This document shows positions 57,487-64,000 of a stretch of DNA of 64,000 nucleotides, one piece after another. The DNA lies in contig CAZAFA010000003.1 in assembly GCA_964484655.1 (NCBI GenBank), positions 28,147 to 92,146 of the forward strand, in the 5' to 3' direction. Position 1 is the first letter of the stretch, and each line of letters starts with the position of its first letter. Made by a program: the position numbers and the translations under genes. The notes beneath the pieces were generated by a model. The model made no database searches and had not been told where the DNA came from. It worked only from the letters and a program-made list of their open reading frames with translations. Source of the DNA: an uncultured Candidatus Saccharibacteria bacterium (GTDB lineage: Bacteria; Patescibacteriota; Minisyncoccia; UBA6257; 2-01-FULL-56-20).

Positions 57487-58802
57487 GGCGCGAGCCAGGA
57501 CGCCGCTGCGGCGATGTCAGCGATAGAGGTCGCGGCGACGACCACGTGACGCTTCTCGCCTCCGATCGGCAGCGTCAGGGTTGCTACGGCCGGCCCTTCG
57601 CCGGCGCCCCCGAAGAAGCCCGGGAGCGCGAGCAGCTCGTCCGAGAACCGCAGGTCGCTCCAGATCGGCGGATCGTACGCGAGGTTGCCGCGCGCGGCCT
57701 TCGTCAGGCCGAGCACGAAGCTGCGGTTCTCGGCGAGGTAGCGCGCGAGCACGGCGAGGTCCGCGATGGTCGTGGTATTGCCCGGATCTGCGGCATCGAC
57801 GGAGACCACCTGCGTATGCCCCATGCCGATCGCCGACGCCTTGGCGTTCATATACTTCACGAACGCCTGCTCGTTGCGCGCGCCCGCGATGGCGTGCGCC
57901 GCGCCCGCGTCGTGCTCAGAGAGCATGAGGCGTAGCAGGTCGAGAACGCTCGCGCTGCCGAGCCCTGCGAGGCGAGGCGAGCCCGGCTGATCCACGTTCA
58001 CCCGGCTCTCAATGTTGATGTAGTCGACCGCGGTCAGCGCGGTTAGCAGGTCGATCGCCTGCCCGAACGGGATCTGCGCGCCTGCCTCGCGCGAGCGGAT
58101 CGTCGCGCCGCTCGGGACGTCCACGATCGCGTAGGTGCCCGCCGCATCCGGACTGCCGGAAAACGTGGGGAGCTCGGGAGCCTCGATCGGCGACTTGTAG
58201 ACGAGCACCGGCGTGCCGACCTCGACCGCCTCGTACACGAGCTGGGCGTTCTCGTCGCTCAGGCGGATGCATCCGCCCGAGTACTGGCTGCTGACCGGCG
58301 TGCCGTCCGGGTAATACGGCCATCCGTGGATGAAGAAGTTGCCCTGGAAGACGAGGCTCCAGGGCTGGTACACGTGCCCAAAGGTGGAGAAGTGGTTCCG
58401 CGCCTTGCTCTTCACGCTGTAGACGCCGACCGGCGTCTCCCACCACGAGCCTTCCTTTCCCTTCGTCTTGATCGGGACGTCGATGACCACCTCGCCGTCC
58501 TTGTAGACCTTGAGCTGCATGTCGCTGAGGTCGGCTTCCACGAAGGTGCGCCGCTCCGCCACGTACTGGTCGCGGACGGTGAGCACGTACGAGCCGGACG
58601 CCGGCGTCGACGAGGCGAGATCCTCGTCGTCGGGGAAGACCGCGGCGACCGCGCCTATCGCCTGCTGGACCTTGTCCCCCGCCGCCTGCGCACGGAACAG
58701 GTCCGGCAGCAGCGCCGACGCCGCGAGCAGGAGCCCTGTGAAGAGCAGGGCGGCGAGGCCGAGGACGAGCGGCAGGGAAGGGTGGGTTAGCAGGCGCTTC
58801 AC
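57483..58802 (-). CDS. L,D-transpeptidase fused to degenerate S11/beta-lactamase-fold domain
   Basis: ETPVG, FFIHGW...SGGCIRL catalytic motif; C-domain lacks SxxK/SxN/KTG; GTG start 6 nt after CATAAT. Confidence 0.85.
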   Translation of the reverse strand: MKRLLTHPSLPLVLGLAALLFTGLLLAASALLPDLFRAQAAGDKVQQAIGAVAAVFPDDEDLASSTPASGSYVLTVRDQYVAERRTFVEADLSDMQLKVYKDGEVVIDVPIKTKGKEGSWWETPVGVYSVKSKARNHFSTFGHVYQPWSLVFQGNFFIHGWPYYPDGTPVSSQYSGGCIRLSDENAQLVYEAVEVGTPVLVYKSPIEAPELPTFSGSPDAAGTYAIVDVPSGATIRSREAGAQIPFGQAIDLLTALTAVDYINIESRVNVDQPGSPRLAGLGSASVLDLLRLMLSEHDAGAAHAIAGARNEQAFVKYMNAKASAIGMGHTQVVSVDAADPGNTTTIADLAVLARYLAENRSFVLGLTKAARGNLAYDPPIWSDLRFSDELLALPGFFGGAGEGPAVATLTLPIGGEKRHVVVAATSIADIAAAASWLAP

Positions 58803-58887
58803 GGGGCTATTATGCCGATTCGAACCCGACGGTTCTACCCTTCGGGCGCGCTTTGCCAATTCCCGGCCTGCGGCGATAATGCGCCCG

Positions 58888-59988
58888 ATGGCCTCCTTGT
58901 ACCGCGCGCACCGCCCGAAGACGCTTGCCGACCTCGTCGGCCAGGACCAGGTGACGGCGGTGCTCCGCAACGCTGCCGCACAGGGGCAGCTCGGGCACGC
59001 GTACCTCTTCTCGGGGCCGCGCGGGACTGGCAAGACCACGACGGCGCGCATCCTCGCGAAGCTCCTCGTGTGCCGGAAGCGGGAGGAGGACCCCGCGTTC
59101 GCCCTCGCGGGCGAGGCCTGCAACGCCTGCGACCGGTGCGCGGCCGTGGATAGCGGTTCGCTCCTCGACGTGGTGGAGATCGACGCCGCGAGCAACCGCG
59201 GCATCGACGAGATCCGCGAGCTGCGCGAGCGCATCCGCGCCGTGCCCACGCAGGCTCCGAAGAAGGTCTACATCGTCGACGAGGCGCACATGCTCACGAC
59301 GCAAGCATGGAACGCGCTCCTGAAGACCCTCGAGGAGCCGCCGGCGCACGGGGTCATCGTGCTCGCCACGACCGACCACGAGAAGCTGCCCGCCACCATC
59401 ACCTCGCGCGTGCAGCGGTTCCGGTTCCGTAAGCCGGGCAAGAAGGACCTCCTCGCGAAGCTCGGCGCCGTCGCGGAGAAGGAAGGCATCGCCATCGAGC
59501 CGGCGGCCCTCGAGCTCATCGCCGCGGTCTCCGGCGGCAGCTTCCGCGACGCCGAGTCGCTCCTCGAGCAGGCGCGCGGCCTGAGCCAGCCCGTCACCGC
59601 TGCCTCCGTCGCCGAGCTGATCGGACGCTCCGCCGTCGGACGCGTGCAGGCCCTCGCCGAGGCGATCGCTTCGTCGGACGCAGCCGCGGCGCTCTCGCTC
59701 CTCAAGGAGGCGGAGGCCTCGGGGGCGAACCTCACCGAGCTCGCCCGCGAGCTCGTGCACGCGTTCAAGCGCGCGACGGCGCTCGCGGCGGACGCGTCCC
59801 TGTCCTCGCTCTACGAGGACGAGCTCACCGCCGAGGAGCTCGACGGCATCCGCCGCCTCGCCGCGTCCCTCTCGCCGGAGCGCGGTGCGGCGGTCACGCG
59901 CGCCTTCCTAGAGGCGTTCCGCGAGATGCGCACGAGCCCGTTCGAGGCCGTGCCGCTGGAGATCGCGATACTGGAGGTCACCCGCTGA
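58888..59988 (+). CDS. dnaX: DNA polymerase III gamma/tau, gamma-length only (366 aa)
   Basis: LYRAHRP, GPRGTGKTT, EIDAASNRG, DEAHML, LLKTLEEPP. Confidence 0.95.
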   Translation: MASLYRAHRPKTLADLVGQDQVTAVLRNAAAQGQLGHAYLFSGPRGTGKTTTARILAKLLVCRKREEDPAFALAGEACNACDRCAAVDSGSLLDVVEIDAASNRGIDEIRELRERIRAVPTQAPKKVYIVDEAHMLTTQAWNALLKTLEEPPAHGVIVLATTDHEKLPATITSRVQRFRFRKPGKKDLLAKLGAVAEKEGIAIEPAALELIAAVSGGSFRDAESLLEQARGLSQPVTAASVAELIGRSAVGRVQALAEAIASSDAAAALSLLKEAEASGANLTELARELVHAFKRATALAADASLSSLYEDELTAEELDGIRRLAASLSPERGAAVTRAFLEAFREMRTSPFEAVPLEIAILEVTR

Positions 59989-60934
59989 TCGTCGTCAGCA
60001 GGCCGCCGAGGCGCTTGATCGAGGCGTCGTCGATGATCGACGTCGCGAGCACGTCGCCGCCGCAGGCTCGCGCCAGCCGCTGCCGCTTCTCCTCGAGCTC
60101 GGCGGCGTCGAGCTCGTCCGCCTTGGTCAGGAGGACGTGCTCGGGCTTCGCGGCGAGCTCCGCGCTGTACTTGCCGAGCTCCGCGCGGATCGCCTCGTAG
60201 TCCGCGACGGGATCGTCGCTGGTCGCGGCGACGCAGTGCAGGATGACGCGCGTCCGCACGATGTGGCGCAGGAACTTGGTGCCGAGACCCTTCCCTTCGG
60301 ACGCGCCCTCGATGATGCCCGGGATGTCCGCGAGCACCAGGTCGTGGAACACGCCGAGGTGCGGCTCGAGCGTCGTGAAGGCGTAGTTGGCCACGCGGCT
60401 GCTCGCGCGCGTGAGCGCGTTGAGCAGGCTCGACTTGCCGACGTTCGGGTAGCCGACGAGCCCGACGTCGGCGATCAGCCGGAGCTCGAGCCGCACGTCG
60501 GTCTCCTCGCCCGGCTTGCCCGCCTGGAACTGGCGGGGCGCGACGTTGGTAGAGGACCGGAAGAGGAAGTTGCCCTTGCCGCCCCGGCCGCCCTCGGCGA
60601 CCGTGATGCGGTCTCCGACGCGGACGAGCTCGGCTGGCTCGCGCCCCTCGATGTGGACCACCGTGCCGCGCGGCACGGGGAGCACGAGGTCGTCGCCATC
60701 GCGGCCGTCCCGGAACTTGCTGCGGCCGTCGCGGCCCGCTTCGGCCTTGAACTTCTTGACGGCGCGGTACTTGCGGAGCGCGCCGAGGTCCGCGACCGCC
60801 TCGAGGATCACGTTGCCGCCGTGGCCGCCGCTGCCGCCGTCCGGGCCGCGGCTGCTGATGCCGTTGCCGAAGGTGGCGGTGCCGGAGCCGCCGGGTCCGG
60901 CGGACACATGGATGGTGACGTCGTCTATGAGCAC
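59978..60934 (-). CDS. obgE: GTPase ObgE
   Basis: GPDGGSGGHGG, GYPNVGKSS, DIPGIIEGASEGKGLG. Confidence 0.96.
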   Translation of the reverse strand: MLIDDVTIHVSAGPGGSGTATFGNGISSRGPDGGSGGHGGNVILEAVADLGALRKYRAVKKFKAEAGRDGRSKFRDGRDGDDLVLPVPRGTVVHIEGREPAELVRVGDRITVAEGGRGGKGNFLFRSSTNVAPRQFQAGKPGEETDVRLELRLIADVGLVGYPNVGKSSLLNALTRASSRVANYAFTTLEPHLGVFHDLVLADIPGIIEGASEGKGLGTKFLRHIVRTRVILHCVAATSDDPVADYEAIRAELGKYSAELAAKPEHVLLTKADELDAAELEEKRQRLARACGGDVLATSIIDDASIKRLGGLLTTISG

Positions 60935-60959
60935 GGGACGAGCCTAGCAGAAACGTGAA

Positions 60960-60983
60960 AGAGGACGCCATACGGCGTCCTCT
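60960..60983. terminator. Hairpin at end of orphan gene
   Basis: AGAGGACGCC-ATAC-GGCGTCCTCT with flanking T/A runs. Confidence 0.7.
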
Positions 60984-60998
60984 CTTCTTTTTCTCTCG

Positions 60999-61568
60999 TT
61001 ACGCTTCCGCGCCCAGGATCTCCCGCGCGAGACCGGCGTAGAACGGATTGCCCGTTCGCGCGACGATCTGCGCGCACCGCTCGCGGACGGCCGCGCCCCG
61101 GTCGTAGCGCCTGCCCAGGAGGAGGCAGAACGCCTCGTCGGCGTATTCCGGCAGCCCGCTCAGGGACAGGATGGTCTCCGTGCCCAGGAGCGGCAGCACG
61201 ACCGCGCCCCCGTAGCGATCCTTCTCGGGATCGCGCGTCTCCCAGGAAGCGACGTAGGAGCGGTCCAGCCCCGACTCGAGGCGGAGCGCCTTCTCGCCGA
61301 CCAGCTCGAGGTACTTCATCCGCTTCTCGTAGTTCGGCCCCTCGCCGCCGAGGAACTTCACGAACATGAGCTCCCGGTCCATGCCGAACATCGCCGGCAT
61401 GACCTGCAGGACCGCGCAGGAGCGGTTGAGCCAGCCTGGCTCATCGTCGCCGAACATGCTTCCGCCGAGGCGGAGCACCTTCGGAAATAGTTCGAGCGCC
61501 ATCTCGATCAGCGCCTTCTCGTCGAAGATACCCGCTGGCTGCGGGATCCCCGTCATGCACATACCCAT
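60999..61568 (-). CDS. Orphan protein, weak GlcG/HbpS-like pattern
   Basis: EKALRL...YGGAV...LSLSGLPEYADE; GAGGTG upstream; start uncertain. Confidence 0.6.
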   Translation of the reverse strand: MGMCMTGIPQPAGIFDEKALIEMALELFPKVLRLGGSMFGDDEPGWLNRSCAVLQVMPAMFGMDRELMFVKFLGGEGPNYEKRMKYLELVGEKALRLESGLDRSYVASWETRDPEKDRYGGAVVLPLLGTETILSLSGLPEYADEAFCLLLGRRYDRGAAVRERCAQIVARTGNPFYAGLAREILGAEA

Positions 61569-61646
61569 AGTCACCTCTCATTTTCAGATATCAACGGACG
61601 GATCCGTCTGCACGAGTCATACCGCGTATCCACGCGTGCGGCAAAC

Positions 61647-61673
61647 GGAAACGCCCGCGATGCGGGCGTTTCC
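61647..61673 (-). terminator. Hairpin after CxxC gene
   Basis: GGAAACGCCCGC-GAT-GCGGGCGTTTCC. Confidence 0.7.
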
Positions 61674-61691
61674 TTCGAGGTTCTCGGGATG

Positions 61692-62069
61692 CTAGTAGCG
61701 TCCGCCGCCGCCGAAGCCGCGCGAGGCGCGCGCCTTGGCGTGACAGTCGCGGCAGGTGACCGGACGATCCCCGCTCGGCATGAACGGGAGCTCGGTGATC
61801 TCCTTGCCGCACTCGCCGCAGGTCCAGTTGCCCTGGACCATCTGGCGCGGGCCCCGGTCTCCGCCGCCAAAGCTGTCGCGCGCCGGCCGGTTCTGCATGT
61901 GGCAGTCGCGGCAGAGCACGTTCTCAGCATCGCGCGGGGAGAACGGGAGCTCGGTGATCTCCTTGCCGCAGTTCTTGCAGGTCCAGTTGCCCTGGACCAT
62001 CTGGCGCGGGCCGCCGAAGCCGCCACCGCCGCCGCGGTTTCCGCCGAAACCTCCTCCGTTGTTGTACAT
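61692..62069 (-). CDS. Tandem CxxC-x17-CxxC zinc-ribbon protein with Gly-rich ends
   Basis: Two copies of QMVQGNWTCxxCGKEITELPF.P.....V.CRDCH. Confidence 0.88.
   Translation of the reverse strand: MYNNGGGFGGNRGGGGGFGGPRQMVQGNWTCKNCGKEITELPFSPRDAENVLCRDCHMQNRPARDSFGGGDRGPRQMVQGNWTCGECGKEITELPFMPSGDRPVTCRDCHAKARASRGFGGGGRY
61782..62012. repeat. 72-bp intragenic direct repeat, 67/72 identical
   Basis: 61782-61853 vs 61941-62012; mismatches only in the two codons inside CxxC. Confidence 0.85.
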
Positions 62070-62202
62070 GGAGTGTTCTGACTTTCTCTTTTCTGACGAC
62101 CTTGATGATTTTCCGTTTCAGGTCGCCTTCAGGCGCGCTTCGCGCCTACCACGTACTTGAACCGTGCCATAAGCCTAGCAGGCCCGCCGGCCTTGGCAAT
62201 GA

Positions 62203-62673
62203 CTATTGGAGGACGCAGGAGACGTCCCGTCCGGAAGCGTCCTGGAGCCGGGCTTCGGGGCCGACCAGGGTCAGGACGAGGTCGCCGTCCCCGTACTGCA
62301 TGATGTTCGCGGCCGGATCCACTTTGCTGAGCTCACGGGTGGTGGCCGCATCCTGCTGGTAGCTCATGCGGCCCTGGTCGATCTCGCGCAGCGTAAACTG
62401 CGTCCCGTCGCCGCAGCGATAGGCCGTCTGCCCCGCCGGCGCGGCGCTCGCCGGCGCCTCCCGCTTCTCGATGCAGAGTCCGCGTCCGGCATCCCACTCC
62501 CCTTCCTTGGCGGCGCACGCGTCCGCGAGGCCCGTGCGGGTCACGGTCGTGCCGGTCACGAAGCCGGCGGCGAACGCGACCACGAGCATGAACGCGCCGA
62601 ATCCGAGCGCCACCACGGCGGCGATGAGCTTCGTCTTCAGGCTGAACCGCCGTCCTTCTCCGCGCATGGTCAT
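62203..62673 (-). CDS. Membrane-anchored protein with MliC-like C-terminal domain
   Basis: TM; C...GEW...C; AYRCGDG...L....A....Y...DVSC; TACGAT 6 nt before ATG. Confidence 0.6.
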   Translation of the reverse strand: MTMRGEGRRFSLKTKLIAAVVALGFGAFMLVVAFAAGFVTGTTVTRTGLADACAAKEGEWDAGRGLCIEKREAPASAAPAGQTAYRCGDGTQFTLREIDQGRMSYQQDAATTRELSKVDPAANIMQYGDGDLVLTLVGPEARLQDASGRDVSCVLQ

Positions 62674-63206
62674 GGCGTCATCGTACCATGCGCGAGCTCG
62701 TACGCGATGCCGTCCCTGCCCGTCATCGGCTTGAGGGCGATCACCTGTCCCGGCATGCCGCCGCCCGGCAGGCAGACGAAGTAGCAGCCGCGGAACCAGA
62801 TCTTTTCCTGGTCCCAGCCGAGCCCGCGCGGATCGATGATGCAGCTCTTGGTCTTCCAGATCAGGAGGACCAGCTGCTCGCACGTCGCGCGGCCGTACCG
62901 CTCCTGCTTCCGCTCGATGGCGGCGGCTATGTCGTAGGGCGTGGTGAGGTCGATGACGTTGCCGGCGTTCCTCCGGAAGTTACGCCCCAGCACCGATCCC
63001 CCTTCGTGGGGCAGGCCGTTGTCCGCGTAGGTGACCTGGAAGTTGAGCGGCGGCTCGTTCGGTGCCGCGGAGCGGCCGCGCGTGTCGATGCGCGTGTGCT
63101 CGTTATACACAGCCTCGCCCGCGTAATGCGTGCCGTACGCGGCATTGAGCTTCGCCAGGAAGAAATCGGTGATGAGGAGCTCCTCGCGCTTCTTCGTTCC
63201 CTGCAT
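62670..63206 (-). CDS. Orphan protein
   Basis: TAGAAT 8 nt before ATG; ATGA overlap with downstream gene; D...FQVT...KQERY pattern. Confidence 0.6.
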   Translation of the reverse strand: MQGTKKREELLITDFFLAKLNAAYGTHYAGEAVYNEHTRIDTRGRSAAPNEPPLNFQVTYADNGLPHEGGSVLGRNFRRNAGNVIDLTTPYDIAAAIERKQERYGRATCEQLVLLIWKTKSCIIDPRGLGWDQEKIWFRGCYFVCLPGGGMPGQVIALKPMTGRDGIAYELAHGTMTP

Positions 63207-63232
63207 GCGCGCCTATTCTAGCGCACAACGCG

Positions 63233-63703
63233 TCAGCGGTCCGCCTCGAACGCGCTTATGACCCAGCGGCCGTCCTGCTCGACGAGCGTCGCCACGACCG
63301 GATACCGGTTCGCCGCGCCGCCGTTGACCAGCTCCTCGCTCGTGATCTCGAGCACGTCGCCCCGGATCACGAACGAGCCGTTCTCCTGCGATACGGTCTG
63401 CGGCTCGATGCCGTCCGGCCACGGGCTCGACGTGCGACGTCCCGGCGCGCGCTCGGGATCCTGCTGCCACTCGGACAGGAGCTCGCGAGTGAGATACGGC
63501 TTGTAGTGCAGCCGCATGGCGGCGCGCACCGCTTCGGGCTCGCTGGCGAGCGGCACCATCTTCAGCACCTTGCCGAACCCGACGAGAGTCGAGACCGCTT
63601 TGTCGAGCTCGCTGTCGGGAGCCTGCTGCGGCAGCCACCAGTACTGGTACGCGCCGAAGACTGCCGCGACGAGGACGAGGAGGATGACCAGGGCCTTGAA
63701 CAT
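63233..63703 (-). CDS. Membrane-anchored hypothetical protein
   Basis: MFKALVILLV TM; APGRRTSSPWPDGIE; TGATG coupling to upstream gene. Confidence 0.7.
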   Translation of the reverse strand: MFKALVILLVLVAAVFGAYQYWWLPQQAPDSELDKAVSTLVGFGKVLKMVPLASEPEAVRAAMRLHYKPYLTRELLSEWQQDPERAPGRRTSSPWPDGIEPQTVSQENGSFVIRGDVLEITSEELVNGGAANRYPVVATLVEQDGRWVISAFEADR

Positions 63704-64000
63704 CAGAGCCGCTCGAGCGAGGCCGCGTTGATCACGCCGACGATCGCGTAGCGCTGCCATTCGGAATTCGAGGACGCCTCGACGGGGACGACGCTGCCGG
63801 TGACCCGGACGCGCGCGCCCGTGGGCGTCGTGGCGCTCGCCGATTCGGCGCTCGCGCCGCTCCCTACGACCGCGTAGTGGCTGCCGTCATCGGTACGCAA
63901 TCCGAGCGCGCACTCGAGCGTCTGCGGTCCGCCCGTATCGCGGTGCGGGAGGCAGACGTACGTGCCTTCGAGCGATTCGCGGGAGCCGCTCCCGTCTTCC
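63703..64000 (-). CDS. Hypothetical secreted protein, partial (3' part only)
   Basis: Open frame from right edge: ...GTYVCLPHRDTGGPQTLECALGLRTDDGSHY... Confidence 0.65.
   Translation of the reverse strand, partial: EDGSGSRESLEGTYVCLPHRDTGGPQTLECALGLRTDDGSHYAVVGSGASAESASATTPTGARVRVTGSVVPVEASSNSEWQRYAIVGVINAASLERL

Noticed and set aside
59940-59988. Programmed frameshift extending DnaX to tau
   Set aside because: No slippery A-run is seen, and downstream sequence is occupied by obgE on the opposite strand.
61782-62012. Near-identical repeat as a DGR template/variable pair
   Set aside because: Both copies code within one small protein, mismatches are not restricted to adenines, and no reverse transcriptase is nearby.

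Overview
Core chromosomal window of a high-GC (roughly 65-70% by eye) bacterium that looks like Patescibacteria/CPR (Parcubacteria-like). Support: no rpmD (uL30) between rpsE and rplO, shortened uL3/uL13/ValS, and many small secreted proteins with CPR-type motifs. It holds the str-S10-spc ribosomal superoperon (rpsL to map, minus strand) and a separate infA-rpmJ-rpsM-rpsK-rpsD-rpoA-rplQ-rplM-rpsI block. It also holds dnaE, dnaX, recG, class I lysS, valS, tsaD, greA, obgE, seven tRNAs, and a coupled LDT-scpA-scpB-dac-mraY-FtsA-like-baseplateJ-like operon. An accessory surface locus encodes a pilin-fibre fusion, a cupredoxin, a 1210-aa modular fibre with a GC mosaic, a LamG protein and a CarS-like protein. 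Most notable observations: (i) about 19 transcription-unit-leading genes have a -10-like hexamer only 6-9 nt before the start codon (leaderless) and core genes lack SD sequences, while isolated orphan genes carry strong SDs and their own terminators; (ii) RpoA lacks the alpha-CTD, and DnaE and DnaX both lack their mutual tether domains; (iii) a 111-bp element with 13-bp terminal inverted repeats follows tRNA-Pro; (iv) a promoter and attenuator-like leader split rpsJ from rplC. No CRISPR array, rRNA, integrase or transposase was seen. All assignments come from reading the sequence; no database searches were run.
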